Origin: a virus
Reading direction: 5' to 3' (one strand)
Virus record (IMG/VR): IMGVR_UViG_3300042469_000981
DNA length: 64,000 bases
Every line of letters begins with the position of its first letter. Position 1 is the first letter of the stretch. This document shows positions 61,854-64,000 of the stretch, one piece after another. Both the position numbers and the translations under genes were made by a program. Under the pieces are notes generated by a model. It searched no databases and had not been told where the DNA came from. It saw only the letters and a list, made by a program, of their open reading frames with translations.

Positions 61854-62828
61854 TTACTTAAATAATTTAGGAAAATTCATTCCTAACTCTGATGAAGAAA
61901 CATAAACACCATTTAATATTCTTTCATCATCTATAGCATCCACTATAGCATCATTTATAGTATAAAATTTACCTTGTCCTGTTTCACTTACGTTTAATAT
62001 AAATCCTATTTCTTTACCCATTCTTGGTTTTTTAAGAAGTTTAGTTTTTAGTATTCTTTTTAAAAGTTTAGCAGCACCTTCTTCAGCAGTAGCATCAGAT
62101 GATAAACCTAATTTAGCATATAATGAATCAATACGAGAATATAAAGGTTTAAACATTTCTACATCTCTTAATGCTTTATTTTTTTCAAGACTAGCCATAA
62201 TAGAAAAAGCAGGAACAATATCTCTAGCTTTAAAGTTACCTGGATTGATTGTGATTTGTTTTGTTTCATCAAACTCACTAAATAATGTTAAAATACCAAA
62301 TACTTTATTTAGTAAAGCTACATTTTCTTTATCATTAGCAAATTTACCTAAAGTAATATTTGATGTATCATATGATTTAATTTCACATCCATACCCATCA
62401 ATAGTTAAATCCGGGTCTTCACCTTTTCTTGAGTCAGTTACAGTGTGTGGTTTAGCATTATATTCAAAAGCCCAATAAGTAGCTATTTCTCCTTTACCAG
62501 CTCCCGCTGTTGGAACATCACTGTCTTTTTTTAATGGTAAAATAGGATATAATTTAGACCAAATACCTTCATCTTCACCTTCTAAATTAAAATCAGTACC
62601 TAAAGTTAAAGAAGTTTTACAAGTTGGAATTGATTCATTTTCTTGTAAACCTAAAGCTTTACGTATCCTTTGATCATAATCAGATTGAGCTTCATTAATA
62701 TTTTTATCACCAGTAATATTTCCTATTAATTCAAACAATAATCTTTTGTCCTTAGGATTACTGATATCAGGATATCCCTTATCAAATTTGTAACTGTATT
62801 TTTTAAAAAACAGATCTAGGGCATCCAT
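61854..62828 (-). CDS. Hypothetical protein with PD-(D/E)xK-like motif
   Basis: 324 aa; GAGKGE...EDPDLTIDGYGCEIKS. Confidence 0.5.
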   Translation of the reverse strand: MDALDLFFKKYSYKFDKGYPDISNPKDKRLLFELIGNITGDKNINEAQSDYDQRIRKALGLQENESIPTCKTSLTLGTDFNLEGEDEGIWSKLYPILPLKKDSDVPTAGAGKGEIATYWAFEYNAKPHTVTDSRKGEDPDLTIDGYGCEIKSYDTSNITLGKFANDKENVALLNKVFGILTLFSEFDETKQITINPGNFKARDIVPAFSIMASLEKNKALRDVEMFKPLYSRIDSLYAKLGLSSDATAEEGAAKLLKRILKTKLLKKPRMGKEIGFILNVSETGQGKFYTINDAIVDAIDDERILNGVYVSSSELGMNFPKLFK

Positions 62829-62829
62829 T

Positions 62830-63756
62830 TTATTTGAATTTTGTTTTAAGTTTATTTAAAAGTGGAGTTAATTTAGAACTAGATTTTAAAGTAGTATTCA
62901 TACCATCAAAAATCATGTTTAAAACAGATTCTAATTCATTGATATCATTTATACTACTTAAAGCAGTTTTACCAGCTGTGGCTAAATATTTACTTAAAGT
63001 AACTACTTCAGGTTTCCCAGTTTCTAACTCGTTTAATATTTGTTCTTTAATTAATTTTTTTAAGTCTGATTTTTTCATTTTGTTTTCTTTTATTAATTTT
63101 GTTGCTAATTTCCCTCCAGATTTAAGAGCGACAGCAAATGCTTCTATTAATGGTTTTAAAAAATTAAATATAATTTCAACTCCTTTTACAATAGGTTGTA
63201 AAAATCCTAAATACGATTGAAAATCTGTTAATTTCCCTAAAACGTCTGTTACGAATGTAGGTGAAAAGTATTTTGTTAAAAAATCTTTAACAGCATCAGG
63301 AGCTAAAGATTTTAATTTTTCTATAATAAAAGTTATTATACTTCCTGCTGTAACTAAGGCCATAAATTTTTTCCAACCTTGTAAGGATTTAATTTTATCT
63401 ATAAATTGTTTAATTTTTTCAATAAAAGAATCTAATTTAATTTTTTTAAGAAAATCTGTAAGTGGTTGAATTAATTTTTCTACTCTTCTTTCTAATGGTT
63501 TTAAAAAATCATTTAGTAAATCTCCATTAGACAATACCTTACCCATAACAACAGCTGCGTCTTTCCAATCTTTAATAGTTGTTATTACTTGATTAAATTT
63601 TTCTTTAGCAAAGGTTTTAATTGAATCTAAAAATGATTCATATATTAATTGTTCGTGAATAATACGTAATCTTAAAGATTCATTTACATTAACTGATTCA
63701 TTAAGAGGAATAGGAATACCTAAAGTAAAAGCAATATGTTCTCTAGATATATTCAT
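62830..63756 (-). CDS. Helical, partly hydrophobic putative internal/ejection protein
   Basis: 308 aa; PLNES, VNES and ILNE sites; FMALVTAGSIITFII hydrophobic stretch. Confidence 0.5.
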   Translation of the reverse strand: MNISREHIAFTLGIPIPLNESVNVNESLRLRIIHEQLIYESFLDSIKTFAKEKFNQVITTIKDWKDAAVVMGKVLSNGDLLNDFLKPLERRVEKLIQPLTDFLKKIKLDSFIEKIKQFIDKIKSLQGWKKFMALVTAGSIITFIIEKLKSLAPDAVKDFLTKYFSPTFVTDVLGKLTDFQSYLGFLQPIVKGVEIIFNFLKPLIEAFAVALKSGGKLATKLIKENKMKKSDLKKLIKEQILNELETGKPEVVTLSKYLATAGKTALSSINDINELESVLNMIFDGMNTTLKSSSKLTPLLNKLKTKFK

Positions 63757-63758
63757 AA

Positions 63759-64000
63759 TTAAGCTTCAGCTGTTGTATCTTCTTCTGCTGCTGGTTCTTC
63801 GGTAGGTGTTTCTGCTGTTTCACCTTCAGCTCCTGGTTCTGTTTTTTCTTCAGTCATACCATAAGCTAAAACACGAGCAATAGCTTCTGTAGCTGATTCT
63901 TCTTCACTTAAATTTAATAAGTAATATTTTTTACCTTCAATTTGTGCTACCCAACTTCTTGGAGAATAAGTTAACATAAAAGGTTCTCCATTTCCAAGTA
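63759..64000 (-). CDS. Partial hypothetical protein (frame open to window edge)
   Basis: Frame upstream of the 63977 ATG reads LGNGEPF without a stop up to 64000; acidic C-terminal tail. Confidence 0.55.
   Translation of the reverse strand, partial: LGNGEPFMLTYSPRSWVAQIEGKKYYLLNLSEEESATEAIARVLAYGMTEEKTEPGAEGETAETPTEEPAAEEDTTAEA

Noticed and set aside
1-64000. Stop-codon recoding as in some Bacteroidota phages
   Set aside because: Standard code gives full-length, abutting structural genes across the window, so there is no fragmentation to explain.
1-64000. tRNA or rRNA genes
   Set aside because: No intergenic gap contains a cloverleaf with T-loop/D-loop consensus; the gaps are short and explained by promoters or terminators.

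Overview
A 64-kb, AT-rich, almost gap-free, single-strand (all real genes on -) segment of the virion-morphogenesis region of a large T4-like (myovirus) phage. The host is probably Bacteroidota, inferred from three TTTG-N20-TATATT(A/T)A promoter-like elements and A-rich starts without Shine-Dalgarno motifs. In transcription order (right to left): putative internal head proteins with LxE processing motifs; a FAD oxidoreductase and a NadR-like P-loop protein; terminase (gp17), portal (gp20), protease (gp21), scaffold (gp22) and major capsid (gp23); an amidinotransferase/psd/homing endonuclease/phoH island; fibre genes including two Gly-X-Y proteins built almost only from Gly/Ser/Thr; neck genes gp13/14/15; a 7-enzyme glycosylation cluster (4 glycosyltransferases, 2 methyltransferases, 1 Aah/TibC-type protein O-heptosyltransferase homologue); an array of LamG-lectin and glycine-rich receptor-binding genes with small partner genes; then sheath (gp18) and tube (gp19). 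The leading hypothesis is a phage-encoded virion protein O-glycosylation system. The BAHT-like enzyme sits beside very large Ser/Thr/Gly repeat fibres, and an [S/T]-G-S tripeptide recurs in the variable (predicted exposed) parts of sheath, capsid and fibre proteins while being absent from portal, terminase, tube and neck. All family assignments come from motif recognition by eye; no database searches were run.
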